Shown here in pieces: positions 1-8,489 of a stretch of DNA of 64,000 bases. This DNA is from an uncultured virus (IMG/VR IMGVR_UViG_3300033149_002562) (lineage: Duplodnaviria > Heunggongvirae > Uroviricota > Caudoviricetes), in the IMG/VR virus record IMGVR_UViG_3300033149_002562; one strand, written 5' to 3'. The number at the start of each line of letters is the position of its first letter. Position 1 is the stretch's first letter. The position numbers and the translations under genes were made by a program. The notes under the pieces were generated by a model, which was not told the origin of the DNA, ran no database searches, and worked only from the letters and a program-made list of their open reading frames with translations.

Positions 1-99
1 GTCCTGCCAAGGGCCGGGCTGGCCGTCTGGCGGCAGTTCGTACCGGAAACGGCCGTTCAGGCTGGTTCCGTCTTTCTGGAGTAGCTTCAGTCCGATCAT
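1..99 (-). CDS. 5' part of hypothetical protein (runs off window); N-terminus paralogous to 153..926
   Basis: Reads MIGLKLLQKDGTSLNGRFRYELPPDGQPGPWQD after a GAGGAG RBS; near-identical to the N-terminus of 153..926. Confidence 0.7.
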   Translation of the reverse strand, partial: MIGLKLLQKDGTSLNGRFRYELPPDGQPGPWQD

Positions 100-152
100 C
101 ATTCTCTCCTCGGTTAGGGTTTGCCCGGAACCGCCGGGCGTAGCCGAAGCGA

Positions 153-926
153 TTAGCGGATCACCTCCACGCCCGGGGGATCGGCCCAGCCCGCGGGCAG
201 CTTGCTACCGCGAAGGTCGAGGTAACCGCCTACTTTGCCGACGCGAAAGCCTCTGGGCACCTTGCAGCCGCGTAGATTGAGGTCGCCCCCCACGCCGCCG
301 ATGCGAAAGCCCCTAGGTAGCTTGCAGCCGCTAAGGTAAAGCGATCCGCCTACTTTGCCGACGCGAAAGCCCGCGGGCAGCTTGGCGCGAGTGAGATCGA
401 TGTCACCGCACACGTTCCCGATACGAAAGCCCGCGGGCAGCTTAGCGTGTGCGAGATCGATATCGCCGCGCACTTTCCCGATACGGAATCCCTCAGGGAG
501 CTCGCAGCCGTATAAGTCAAGCCAGCCGCCTACATTGCCGATGCGAAAGCCAGCGGGCAGCCTGGCACCCGAGAGATCAAGCGATCCGGCTATGTCGCCA
601 ATGCGGAACCCCTCGGGCAGCTCACAATACGAAAGATTGAGCGTGCCGCCTACGTTCTCGATACGGAAGCCAGCGGATAACGTAGCACCAACGAGGTCGA
701 GATAGCCGCCGGAGTGCTTGAGAATCACATCGAGTTGCGCCGCGGTCGATTCCTCGACGCGCCACCATCGCAGAACCCGCACGCGCCGGTGACACTGAAC
801 GCCGAGCTTGCCCGGCACGTCCTGCCAAGGGCCGGGCTGGCCGTCTGGCGGCAGTTCGTACCGGAAACGGCCGTAGCGATCATTCAGGCTGGTTCCGTCT
901 TCCCGCAGTAATTTCAATCCGATCAT
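153..926 (-). CDS. LRR-like 20-aa repeat protein
   Basis: Start re-called at MIGLKLL with GGAGG RBS; 8 full plus 1 partial repeats of GGxLDLxGxxLPxGFRIGxV. Confidence 0.75.
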   Translation of the reverse strand: MIGLKLLREDGTSLNDRYGRFRYELPPDGQPGPWQDVPGKLGVQCHRRVRVLRWWRVEESTAAQLDVILKHSGGYLDLVGATLSAGFRIENVGGTLNLSYCELPEGFRIGDIAGSLDLSGARLPAGFRIGNVGGWLDLYGCELPEGFRIGKVRGDIDLAHAKLPAGFRIGNVCGDIDLTRAKLPAGFRVGKVGGSLYLSGCKLPRGFRIGGVGGDLNLRGCKVPRGFRVGKVGGYLDLRGSKLPAGWADPPGVEVIR

Positions 927-976
927 CGTTTCCTCCGTTGGGTTATTTACCCTGAACCGTCGGGCGCGTGAGTCGG

Positions 977-1447
977 CTACTCGCTGGCCCGACAGGCGGC
1001 CTCCTCGGCCATGCGCTTGACCTCCTCGGGCAGGTCGGCGCAATCGCGGCGGAGCCGATAGGCCCACTGGGGCTCTCGGCAGGCGGCCTCCTCGGCCATG
1101 CGCTTGACCTCCTCGGGCAGGCCGGGGCAATGGCGCCGGAGGTGATAGGCCCACGCTGGCTCTCGGCAGGCGATTTCCTCGGCACGACGCTTGACCTCCT
1201 CGGGAAGGTCGGCGCAATCGCACCGGAGCCAGCAGGCCCACTCCGGCTCCCGGCAGGCGATTTCCTCGGCCATGCGCCGCACCTCCGCGGATAAGTCGGC
1301 GCAATTGCAGCGCAGCCAGCAGGCCCATTCCGGGGCCTGGGGCAATCTCAGGCACGCCTCGATGGAGCCTGCCCATTTCGCCACTCTGATCGCGTCGTGG
1401 CAGGCGCCGTTCTTCTCCGCTATGCGGAGCAGCTCTTCATACTCCAT
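977..1447 (-). CDS. Cys-containing 29-aa helical repeat protein
   Basis: Four PEWAxxLRxxCADLPEEVKRMAEExACRE repeats; AGGAGG RBS; paralog at 2720..3109. Confidence 0.75.
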   Translation of the reverse strand: MEYEELLRIAEKNGACHDAIRVAKWAGSIEACLRLPQAPEWACWLRCNCADLSAEVRRMAEEIACREPEWACWLRCDCADLPEEVKRRAEEIACREPAWAYHLRRHCPGLPEEVKRMAEEAACREPQWAYRLRRDCADLPEEVKRMAEEAACRASE

Positions 1448-1526
1448 CACTTCCTCCTTTCGTCAGGGTTTACCCGGAACCGCCGGGCACGGGGGCGGCG
1501 CCGTGTGTGCCGCCGACAAGCTACGC

Positions 1527-2210
1527 TCACGCAATCAGATCGGAGACATCGACCCCACGAGCACGGTCCTCGTCCGTCAACTCGCAGTCGTCCAGGTCGC
1601 CGCTCACGCCGGTAAGGCAGCCCTGCACGCCGGTCAGGTCGCCCCATACGCCTCTGAGGCAGCCTCGGACGCCACTGAGGTCGCCCCATACGCCGCTCAG
1701 GTCGCCCCGGACGCCACTTAGGTCGCCTCGCACGTCGGTCAGGTCGCCTCGGACGCCGCTGAGGTCGCCCCGAACGCGGGTCAGGTCGCCTCGGACGCCA
1801 CTGAGGTCGCCCCATACGCCGCTCAGGTCGCCTCGGACGCCACTGAGGTCGCCCCATACGTGGCTCAGGCAGCCCCGAACGTCGCTCAGGTCGCCCCATA
1901 CGCCCGTCAGGCAGCCCCGCACGCCGCTCAGGTTGCCCCGAACGCCGCTCAGGTTGCCCTCCACGTCAGTCAGGTAGCCCCATACGCGGCTCAGGTCGCC
2001 CCGCACGCGGGTCAGGTCGCCCCATACGCCGCTCAGGTTGCCTTCCACGCCGGTAAGGCAGCCTCGCACGTTGGTCAGGTCGCCCTGCACGCCGCTGAGG
2101 TCGCCTCGCACGTCGGTCAGGTCGCCTCGCACGTCGGGCGGGGGACCGACAACCGACTCGCCCTCGGCATTTCGGTACAACACATCCAGCTTTCGCAAAG
2201 CAGGTTTCAT
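1527..2210 (-). CDS. 7-aa repeat (GVRGDLS) putative beta-solenoid protein
   Basis: About 26 tandem xVxGDLS/T repeats (21-bp DNA period); AAGGAG RBS. Confidence 0.75.
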   Translation of the reverse strand: MKPALRKLDVLYRNAEGESVVGPPPDVRGDLTDVRGDLSGVQGDLTNVRGCLTGVEGNLSGVWGDLTRVRGDLSRVWGYLTDVEGNLSGVRGNLSGVRGCLTGVWGDLSDVRGCLSHVWGDLSGVRGDLSGVWGDLSGVRGDLTRVRGDLSGVRGDLTDVRGDLSGVRGDLSGVWGDLSGVRGCLRGVWGDLTGVQGCLTGVSGDLDDCELTDEDRARGVDVSDLIA

Positions 2211-2284
2211 CGGATTCTCCTTGTACTGCGGGGCCGTCGCCCCTCGGGGTTACTTGCCTTCGTCGGGTCTGTTACCTCCAAGGC

Positions 2285-2665
2285 TCACTCGGCCTCGGCT
2301 TTATCCCATTCCTCTTCCAGCCGAGAAATCAGCGCGTCGCGTGCCGCCATGCCAGCCTGCGACGCCCGATCCATCAGGCGACGAAGCCAGTCAGGTACGT
2401 GTTGGTGCGACGTGCAAGACACGAGGCCAGCGTTGTAGCCCCAATCCCTCGTCTTGTCGTGCCTGCCGCCGTTCCAGGCGGCAAAGTTTCCGTCCGGCTC
2501 GAAGTCGAACCGATGGGCGGCGTGGTACTCAGGGCTGTCGGCCAGGACGCCGTAGGCGGCGTCCCGAAAGGCGTCGCGGATTTCGTCTTCCCACGCCGCC
2601 GTCCGGTCGTCCACGCAACCTGAGCACACGATTTCCGCGTTAGTGCATACGTAAACGGTGTACAT
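2285..2665 (-). CDS. hypothetical protein
   Basis: 126-aa ORF, GGAGG RBS, preceded by the cassette motif. Confidence 0.7.
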   Translation of the reverse strand: MYTVYVCTNAEIVCSGCVDDRTAAWEDEIRDAFRDAAYGVLADSPEYHAAHRFDFEPDGNFAAWNGGRHDKTRDWGYNAGLVSCTSHQHVPDWLRRLMDRASQAGMAARDALISRLEEEWDKAEAE

Positions 2666-2719
2666 GCTGTCCTCCCTTTGCGTTAGTGTTTACCCGGAAC
2701 CGCCGGGGGCGGGGGCCGG

Positions 2720-3109
2720 TCACACGCTGGTCGAACACGCAACCTCCTCCGCCATGCGCTTGACCTCCTCGGGCAGATCGGCGCAATTGCACCGGAGGCG
2801 ATAGGCCCATTCCGGCTCCCGGCAGGCGGCCTCCTCGGCCATGCGCTTGACCTTGACCTCCTCGGGCAGGTCGGCGCAATCGCACCGCAACCAGCAGGCC
2901 CATTCCGGCTCCCGGCAGGCGACCCGCTCTGCCCGACGCTTGACCTCCTCGGGCAGGTCGCGACAATTGCGGCGCAGCCAGTATGCCCATTCCGGGGCCT
3001 GGGGCAATCTCAGGCACGCCTCGATGGAGCCTGCCCATTTCGCCACTCTGAGCGCGGCGGGGCAGGCGCCGTTCTCCTTCGCTATGCGAAGTAGCTCTTC
3101 ATACTTCAC
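2720..3109 (-). CDS. 29-aa helical repeat protein, paralog of 977..1447
   Basis: GTG start (VKYEELLRIAKENGAC); three repeats; long near-identical DNA stretches shared with 977..1447. Confidence 0.75.
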   Translation of the reverse strand: MKYEELLRIAKENGACPAALRVAKWAGSIEACLRLPQAPEWAYWLRRNCRDLPEEVKRRAERVACREPEWACWLRCDCADLPEEVKVKRMAEEAACREPEWAYRLRCNCADLPEEVKRMAEEVACSTSV

Positions 3110-3242
3110 GATTCTCTCCCTTCGTTGAAGTGTTACCCGGAGCCGCCGGGCGCGGGGGCTGACTACTTGCCAGCCAGTCAATGTTCCGCCCGTCCTAAGT
3201 ACGAGCTTACTTTTCCGCGATCCACCAGCCACTGGTGGAATG

Positions 3243-3494
3243 TCATCGTGTTTGTCGGATATTTCGCGCGGAACGCTTGATACAACTGCCGTAGCTCGCG
3301 CAGCGGCCGTTTGTCCCGCATGACGAAATATACACCATCAATTTTCCTGCGCATGATCTTGCTCCTGTAGTAGCGTGGGGGCAGGGTACTCGCCTTCCCG
3401 TCAATACCCCGCCATTTCGGCGTACTGCTCCCGCTGCAAAGCGGAGGTGCGACGCCAGCGGGGAATCGGAGTCCCGTACTTCGGTTTCAGGCAT
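3243..3494 (-). CDS. hypothetical Cys-rich protein
   Basis: ATG after GGGAG RBS and cassette motif; no recognisable domain. Confidence 0.4.
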   Translation of the reverse strand: MPETEVRDSDSPLASHLRFAAGAVRRNGGVLTGRRVPCPHATTGARSCAGKLMVYISSCGTNGRCASYGSCIKRSARNIRQTR

Positions 3495-3599
3495 GTCGAT
3501 CTCCCTTAGGGTTTGCCCGGAACTGCCGGGCGTTGGAACCAGCACGCGCCGGTTCGTTAATCTCGGTACATAGTTTTCGTGCCTCCAAGTCCTCGGCGG

Positions 3600-4235
3600 T
3601 CAGGCATGATTGCGGTCCTGTGTATCTTGCGCGGCTCGCTTTGCGGCGAGTGCTCTTTCGTAGTACCGTACCTTGGCCTTGTATTGTTTGATCTTGGTCG
3701 CAGCGAGCTTGTGTTTGCGCGTCCACTCGGCCAGTTTCTTTTGCGCGTACACGGCCCGCCTCTCTTGCAAGGTGGGAGGGGACTTCTTCGGCCTCCGCTT
3801 CGGCTCCTTCCGCCAAGCGGCCAGCAGCGCTTCCCGGTTGGCGAGGAACTTTTCCTTGACGCGCTTGGCGTGCCACTCGGTCTTCCTTTCCTGCGCTTTC
3901 CACTTTAGCTCCGTCCAGTGGAGCCAGAGGTGAATAATCTCGTGAGCGGTCACATGTACCAGCGCGTTGATGCGTCTTCGCTCCTGAGCCTCCGCCGACG
4001 CTTCGCCGTACCAGGCTCGCCGCTTGCTCTTTTGCCAATCAGCAAACGTCCCGCCCGCCGAAACGTGGATACGATTACTTGGCCACCACGCTCGGCCGCT
4101 GGTACGTCCGTCGGTACGCCGACTGAACTTAGCCTCTTGCAACTGCCGGATCGGGTAGCCGATTTCCTTACAGCACCACGAGATCATGCGGCGCAGGAAG
4201 TAGTCAGGATAGCTTGTCGTATTGATGAGTCGCAC
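3600..4235 (-). CDS. HExxH zinc metalloprotease-like protein (SprT/IrrE-like)
   Basis: VHVTAHEIIH motif; basic coiled C-terminus; GGAG RBS before GTG. Confidence 0.6.
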   Translation of the reverse strand: MRLINTTSYPDYFLRRMISWCCKEIGYPIRQLQEAKFSRRTDGRTSGRAWWPSNRIHVSAGGTFADWQKSKRRAWYGEASAEAQERRRINALVHVTAHEIIHLWLHWTELKWKAQERKTEWHAKRVKEKFLANREALLAAWRKEPKRRPKKSPPTLQERRAVYAQKKLAEWTRKHKLAATKIKQYKAKVRYYERALAAKRAAQDTQDRNHA

Positions 4236-4240
4236 GACAT

Positions 4241-4510
4241 CTACTCCATGAATGTGATGTCGCCTGTCCTGACAATAATGCAACCAGCGATTCGGCGGCA
4301 CGTGCTGCGGGAGGCCAAGTACCCGCAAGCGATCTCGTCGGCCAATGCCGTGGCGGGCACAAGCGCAACCTTGCCGCCTCTCCGTCTCCCGACTACGTAG
4401 CCGGTCTCGGTGTACTCGCGTCGCTTAAAGCTCGACAGCGACCAAGACGAGGCCTGCCACGTTGCGCGCGGACACGCGCGCACCGCGTTGATGTAATCCT
4501 CAGTAGTCAT
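4241..4510 (-). CDS. hypothetical protein
   Basis: 89-aa ORF with AGGAG RBS, packed in the leftward cluster. Confidence 0.6.
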   Translation of the reverse strand: MTTEDYINAVRACPRATWQASSWSLSSFKRREYTETGYVVGRRRGGKVALVPATALADEIACGYLASRSTCRRIAGCIIVRTGDITFME

Positions 4511-4525
4511 GCGTTGGCTCTCCTG

Positions 4526-4804
4526 CTATTCTGACCGGTAGGCCCGGATCATGTCATCGACCGGGCCCACCGGGAGGCGGGCATACTCGGCCGCCGACAT
4601 CGCGGCCGAGTCCCTCCGGCCGGAGTTGGACTCGTAGTGCAACTCCAGCCGCTCTACCGGATCAACTTCGATCCGGTAGAGCTCGAATCCCTTGTCCCGG
4701 TTGACGTATTCGCCCACTTCGTGGGCATACGCCTCGCGGGACGGGACGTAGACGCCGTGGAAAGCACCTCGCCCCGTCGTCCGATGGGGACATAGAATAG
4801 TCAT
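4526..4804 (-). CDS. hypothetical protein
   Basis: MTILCPHR start with GGAG RBS after the cassette motif. Confidence 0.6.
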   Translation of the reverse strand: MTILCPHRTTGRGAFHGVYVPSREAYAHEVGEYVNRDKGFELYRIEVDPVERLELHYESNSGRRDSAAMSAAEYARLPVGPVDDMIRAYRSE

Positions 4805-4883
4805 AACTCCCTCCTTTACCTTAGGGTTTGCCCGGAACCGCCGGGCACGGTGGCCGGTCACTCGCCGGCCCGAGAAACGTCAG

Positions 4884-5069
4884 TCAGTTCCACAGGTGGA
4901 TTGGACGCAGGTCCCATGCCCGGCGAATTTCGACCCGCAGGCAGAGATAATGTTTTCCCGCGCTCTCTTCGGCCCAGGCGGAACGACCTCGTCGCCGCAT
5001 CTTGATCGCGTAGGCATCCGCCTCTGCCTCGGAGTGACATCGGAATCGTTTGATGGCAGTGGTTTTCAT
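4884..5069 (-). CDS. hypothetical protein
   Basis: MKTTAIKR start, AAGGAG RBS, truncated cassette motif upstream. Confidence 0.55.
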   Translation of the reverse strand: MKTTAIKRFRCHSEAEADAYAIKMRRRGRSAWAEESAGKHYLCLRVEIRRAWDLRPIHLWN

Positions 5070-5104
5070 CGGTCTCTCCTTCGTTAGGGTTTGCACGGTG
5101 CCGG

Positions 5105-5620
5105 TCACTTGCCGGCCTGTAGTTCTTGTCGGATCTCGACCAGATAACGGGCCAGGTCCATCCGGCTACGGCTGGGATCGAGCGACCAGCCGTGCCGAGC
5201 CCAAGTGAATCCGGCGTCTTCCCGCTCGGCCGTCAGCGGTACGTCGTGGTCGGCAACGCGAACCACGACGTCCTGCGCCGCGTGCCGATAGTAGGCGGAG
5301 CCACTCTGGCTGCGGTATTCGCGGCGGAAGCCGAGACGCCGGAGCCAGTCTTGTAACCAGCGGCGGGTCTGCTCAGTCGGGTCGGCCCGCTTGGCCGCTA
5401 TCGTCGCGCGGCGTTTCTCGACAGCGCGGGCCCGGCGGAGTTCCGCGTGCAGGGCGCGGCGACGGGCACGATTCTCTGGCAGGCACGCTCGCTCGTGAGC
5501 CTCGCGGTCGGCCTCGCGCTGGAGACGCTTACGGTTCGGCGTCCCGGTCGGCACGATCGTCGGCCGGAACTGCGCCTCGAACGCGTCAATCTCGTGCTGA
5601 ATGACCTGGCTGTCTCGCAT
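5105..5620 (-). CDS. hypothetical protein
   Basis: MRDSQVIQ start with GGAG RBS downstream of a putative promoter. Confidence 0.6.
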   Translation of the reverse strand: MRDSQVIQHEIDAFEAQFRPTIVPTGTPNRKRLQREADREAHERACLPENRARRRALHAELRRARAVEKRRATIAAKRADPTEQTRRWLQDWLRRLGFRREYRSQSGSAYYRHAAQDVVVRVADHDVPLTAEREDAGFTWARHGWSLDPSRSRMDLARYLVEIRQELQAGK

Positions 5621-5645
5621 GGCTTTTTCTCCCGTGTCTGCCTGT

Positions 5646-5675
5646 AGTATATCGGACACGGTATCAGTCCATCAA
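5646..5675 (-). promoter_or_regulatory. putative sigma70-type promoter for the leftward cassette cluster
   Basis: TTGATG-N18-TATACT on the minus strand, about 25 bp upstream of the 5620 start. Confidence 0.5.
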
Positions 5676-5735
5676 TAGCAATCCACGGGAAAAATCCGCA
5701 GATTCTCGGGGTGCCCGAAACGGGCAGAATTGACG

Positions 5736-5760
5736 TAACCCTATACGGCGCAACGAGTTA
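5736..5760. promoter_or_regulatory. TAACYC-N13-GAGTTA inverted-repeat site (copy 1 of 4)
   Basis: TAACCC-TATACGGCGCAAC-GAGTTA within GACGTAAC...GTTACGTC arms; similar sites at 9828, 10431, 61909. Confidence 0.55.
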
Positions 5761-6060
5761 CGTCGATTTCGGCGGCTTCTGCCGCCCAATTTTGTTGGTA
5801 TTATTTTCTCGCCGATTGTGAATATTCGGCTCACGCGGCCCCGAACCGCTCCCGTCCAGCAGCCAGCCCGCCCCTACCCCCGTTGCACCAGCAAGCCGTA
5901 CCAACAGATCGGCCGATGGATTTCGCTCCAGCCCCGCCTCAAGCCGCGAGACGCGAGCTTGCGTCGTGCCAGCAGTCGCCGCCAGCCGCCGTTGCGAGTA
6001 GCCTCGCCGTTCGCGTGCCAATCGCAGCCTACTGCCGATGCCCAACTCGCTACTGCCCAT
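5758..6060 (-). CDS. Xre/Cro-family HTH transcriptional regulator
   Basis: RLRLARERRGYSQRRLAATAGTTQARVSRLEAG...PSADLLVRLA...WLL is a canonical HTH_3 pattern. Confidence 0.9.
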   Translation of the reverse strand: MGSSELGIGSRLRLARERRGYSQRRLAATAGTTQARVSRLEAGLERNPSADLLVRLAGATGVGAGWLLDGSGSGPREPNIHNRRENNTNKIGRQKPPKST

Positions 6061-6074
6061 TTGTCCGTCTCCTG

Positions 6075-6314
6075 TTACGCGCCGCTGCCCGATACAGCAC
6101 GCCACTTTTTCGCGGTCATGGATCGCGCCTTAGCCTCGCTGAAGGCACGTACCGGTTTCGGGTCAGCACCGTATACCGTACCGGGATTGAGCGAGTGAGC
6201 CGCCAGCGTTTCGTTTTCGCCGCGGTACACGATCACACCGCCGTACCCCATGACAACGTAGTGCATCCCCTTTACTGGGCCAAGCGTCCCAGCTCGGTCT
6301 TTTTCTTTGGTCAT
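6075..6314 (-). CDS. hypothetical protein
   Basis: 79-aa ORF, GAGG RBS, co-oriented with the Xre gene. Confidence 0.55.
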   Translation of the reverse strand: MTKEKDRAGTLGPVKGMHYVVMGYGGVIVYRGENETLAAHSLNPGTVYGADPKPVRAFSEAKARSMTAKKWRAVSGSGA

Positions 6315-6331
6315 TTATAGTGCCTCACAAT

Positions 6332-6709
6332 CTACGTTGTTCCGTGATTGTCACATCCAATTACCGTTCGGCGTCGCTCAACCGCTTCTCGCAAGACTGA
6401 CATCAACCAACCCTGTGAGAAGAAAATAAACGACCGCTCTGTCTGGCGATACGGCTTATCGAACACCCACGTCCGCTTCGTTCGCCATCGTGTCCACCGT
6501 TTCGCGCCTGCCTGTTTTACCAATACCCGTTGACCGCGAGTGACTATGTACGAGGTTCGAGTAGCGGGTCCGCCCACGGAGCAACCGCCGCGATCTTGTT
6601 CAGATCGCCGCATACGGCAAGTTCCAGCCCAATCGCCAACAACAGGATAGTCGTCTTGCATTACAGAACGCCTTGAACATTCGCCACTGATAACCGCCGT
6701 TGCCCACAC
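6332..6709 (-). CDS. hypothetical protein (start uncertain)
   Basis: ORF co-oriented with neighbours; no motif recognised. Confidence 0.4.
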   Translation of the reverse strand: MWATAVISGECSRRSVMQDDYPVVGDWAGTCRMRRSEQDRGGCSVGGPATRTSYIVTRGQRVLVKQAGAKRWTRWRTKRTWVFDKPYRQTERSFIFFSQGWLMSVLREAVERRRTVIGCDNHGTT

Positions 6710-7187
6710 TTATGTCTCTTGGTAATTATACCATGAATGGTAAAGGTTTGCGCGCAAAACCCCCCTGCCCCATGCCCCGAGTTACGGTCGCTTCGCACCG
6801 GGTGCCTGCCTCGTTTTCGTGTGCCGCCCAACAGGGTGTTTGTCAACGGTCGCTCGTCCGAGAGGCATCCTGCCTCGCGGGGTCGCTTCCGCCCGACGCA
6901 CGCAGTCCCCTTGTCAGCGCCGCCTCCAATCGGCGAAGTTGGACGACGGGCAGGGCCGGGCCCTCACCGTGGGAAAGCCTTGACGACGTATAGGCTGAAC
7001 CGCCGCCGACCAGGATCATCCAACCCTGGTTATCGGATTTCCCCTACCCTGCGCGTCGGCTTATCGTCCGCAGACTCTCGGCCCGGGTAGTCCGCTGTGG
7101 GGGGCCGTTCTGCCACCAGAGGCTGCATTTTGCGCGCGGACTGCGCACGCAAACGACCCGCCGAGCACAATGTCTCGGGGGCCGCTG

Positions 7188-7215
7188 TTGACAAGACCAC
7201 AAGATGTAGTATATT
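7188..7215 (+). promoter_or_regulatory. putative promoter overlapping an NrdR-box-like sequence
   Basis: TTGACA-N16-TATATT; spacer contains ACCACAAGATGTAGT. Confidence 0.45.
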
Positions 7216-7266
7216 GAGCGTAATGCATGGCGTGTAGGCCGCCATCAAAGGCTGTGTTTCGTGCGC

Positions 7267-7301
7267 GGAAAGGCCGTCGCTTTAGGCGGCCTTTCCTTTT
7301 T
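7267..7301 (+). terminator. intrinsic terminator
   Basis: GGAAAGGCCG / CGGCCTTTCC 10-bp stem followed by TTTTT. Confidence 0.7.
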
Positions 7302-7380
7302 CCCCAGAGTCTACCTTGGACCGTAGCCGTGTCAATGCGAAGTTTCGGGAGCAGCGTCGCCTTGCGCGGACGAAAGTCCC

Positions 7381-7701
7381 TTATTGTGACAAGGGACAAT
7401 CTCCTTCTTCTGCCGCTGCTTGCGCCTCTCTGAAGCGAAGTTCTCCGCCCTCTTTAACTCTCAGTTGTTTGTCCATTGCCTTCTGGCGCTTCTCCATCTT
7501 GTCGATTGCGTCTTCGTGGCCGATTAGCCATTTGATGTTATCCCACAGTGCGTCACCGAAGTTTTTGTCTGACGACTTCGCCTCGACAAAAGACCCTGCC
7601 ACCAGCCCCGCCACCGCAAGCACAAATGCAAGCCCCGCAAGATACAGTAATGGACTGCCGCACAACTCACACTTGTTTCGTCGTTCAGTCGTCATCTTCA
7701 T
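7381..7701 (-). CDS. small membrane protein homologous to an internal segment of this phage's tape measure protein
   Basis: TM segment plus SFVEAK...FGD.L..NIK.L.G.EDA.D...GGELRFREA.AAAE shared with 36761..39064. Confidence 0.75.
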   Translation of the reverse strand: MKMTTERRNKCELCGSPLLYLAGLAFVLAVAGLVAGSFVEAKSSDKNFGDALWDNIKWLIGHEDAIDKMEKRQKAMDKQLRVKEGGELRFREAQAAAEEGDCPLSQ

Positions 7702-7867
7702 TTTGACGTTCTCCCATGTCGTCAGGGTCCGCGGCCGCCACGATACGTCGGCACCGGAGACATTGAACCTCCAGTTCGCCAGCCACGACGGCTTGCATCG
7801 TATCGTCTTCGCAATACGGGCACCACGTCACGGCGGCTGCTAATGTCTGCTTCGTCACGCGCGTCAA
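7685..7867 (-). CDS. small zinc-ribbon protein
   Basis: CPYC...CLRC motif; overlaps both neighbours. Confidence 0.55.
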   Translation of the reverse strand: MTRVTKQTLAAAVTWCPYCEDDTMQAVVAGELEVQCLRCRRIVAAADPDDMGERQNEDDD

Positions 7868-8487
7868 CTCCCGCTAAGCCACTCGGCTGACAGCAATTCT
7901 GCCACGCGACCATCGGACAGGTCTGTCTGCTCCTGCGACCGCATTTTATTCGCTGCTTGGTCAAACACTCCGCGCTGTTCCGCCGTCAACATGATCGGCT
8001 TGCCCATTTCGACTTGCGAGTCGTCACCCTGGTCTGATGCTAGGTCGTCGGTGTCCAGGGTTGGGGCCGCTTCGATGCCAGATTGCAGCGCAGCCAACTC
8101 GTCTTGACTCCACCACGTCTCCGCGACCGCGAATCCTTCGGCTTTGAGTGCGTCCAATTGTTCCAACAACCGGGCGTCGTCGAAGTATGAGAGATCGGCG
8201 GTTCGGTTCAATGCAAGAGCCAGCGTCTTCGTCTGCTGGTCGTCAAGGTCGAGTCTCACTACGCGGCACGACTGCCAGCCCAGTCTCTTCATCGCCGCGT
8301 ATCGGCCGTTGCCGCCGACGATCAAGCCGTCACTTGCCCGAATGACGAGAGGCTCCGGTTGCCCAAACTCCTCCAGCGACGCCGCGATAGCCGCGATGCT
8401 TCGCTCGTCATGCAGCCGAGCGTTGTCGGGGTTCGGCGTCAACTCGTCAAGTGTTGCCGTTTCGATTTGCAGGTTCGCAAGGTTCAA
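7864..8487 (-). CDS. ParB/Srx N-terminal domain protein (start uncertain)
   Basis: LTPNPDNARLH...IAASLEEFGQPEPLVI...IVGGNGRYAAMKRLG...ALALNR. Confidence 0.85.
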   Translation of the reverse strand: MNLANLQIETATLDELTPNPDNARLHDERSIAAIAASLEEFGQPEPLVIRASDGLIVGGNGRYAAMKRLGWQSCRVVRLDLDDQQTKTLALALNRTADLSYFDDARLLEQLDALKAEGFAVAETWWSQDELAALQSGIEAAPTLDTDDLASDQGDDSQVEMGKPIMLTAEQRGVFDQAANKMRSQEQTDLSDGRVAELLSAEWLSGS

Positions 8488-8489
8488 CG

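Larger units (their letters stand above)
117..5107 (-). repeat. dispersed intergenic hairpin motif GCCCGG-CGGTT-CCGGGY-AAACCC (7 copies plus 1 truncated)
   Basis: Copies at about 117-140, 946-968, 1466-1491, 2686-2711, 3130-3154, 3509-3532, 4824-4849; truncated copy at about 5087-5107; each lies just upstream of an RBS. Confidence 0.9.

Noticed and set aside
117..140. Self-targeting of the cassette motif by unit 1 (TT.GC.CG matches TTtGCcCG)
   Set aside because: Only three dinucleotides match before failing, which is expected by chance. No convincing self-target was found by eye, but the search was not exhaustive
927..1376. N-terminal 150 aa of the 407-aa ORF 153..1376
   Set aside because: Alternative-frame read-through of gene 977..1447; the RBS and paralogy place the start at 926
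1591..2136. 21-bp tandem repeat as a non-coding array or DGR template
   Set aside because: In-frame coding repeat of 1527..2210; no reverse transcriptase in the window
117..5107. Integron attC cassette array
   Set aside because: Motif is much shorter than attC, lacks RYYYAAC/GTTRRRY boxes, and no integrase is visible
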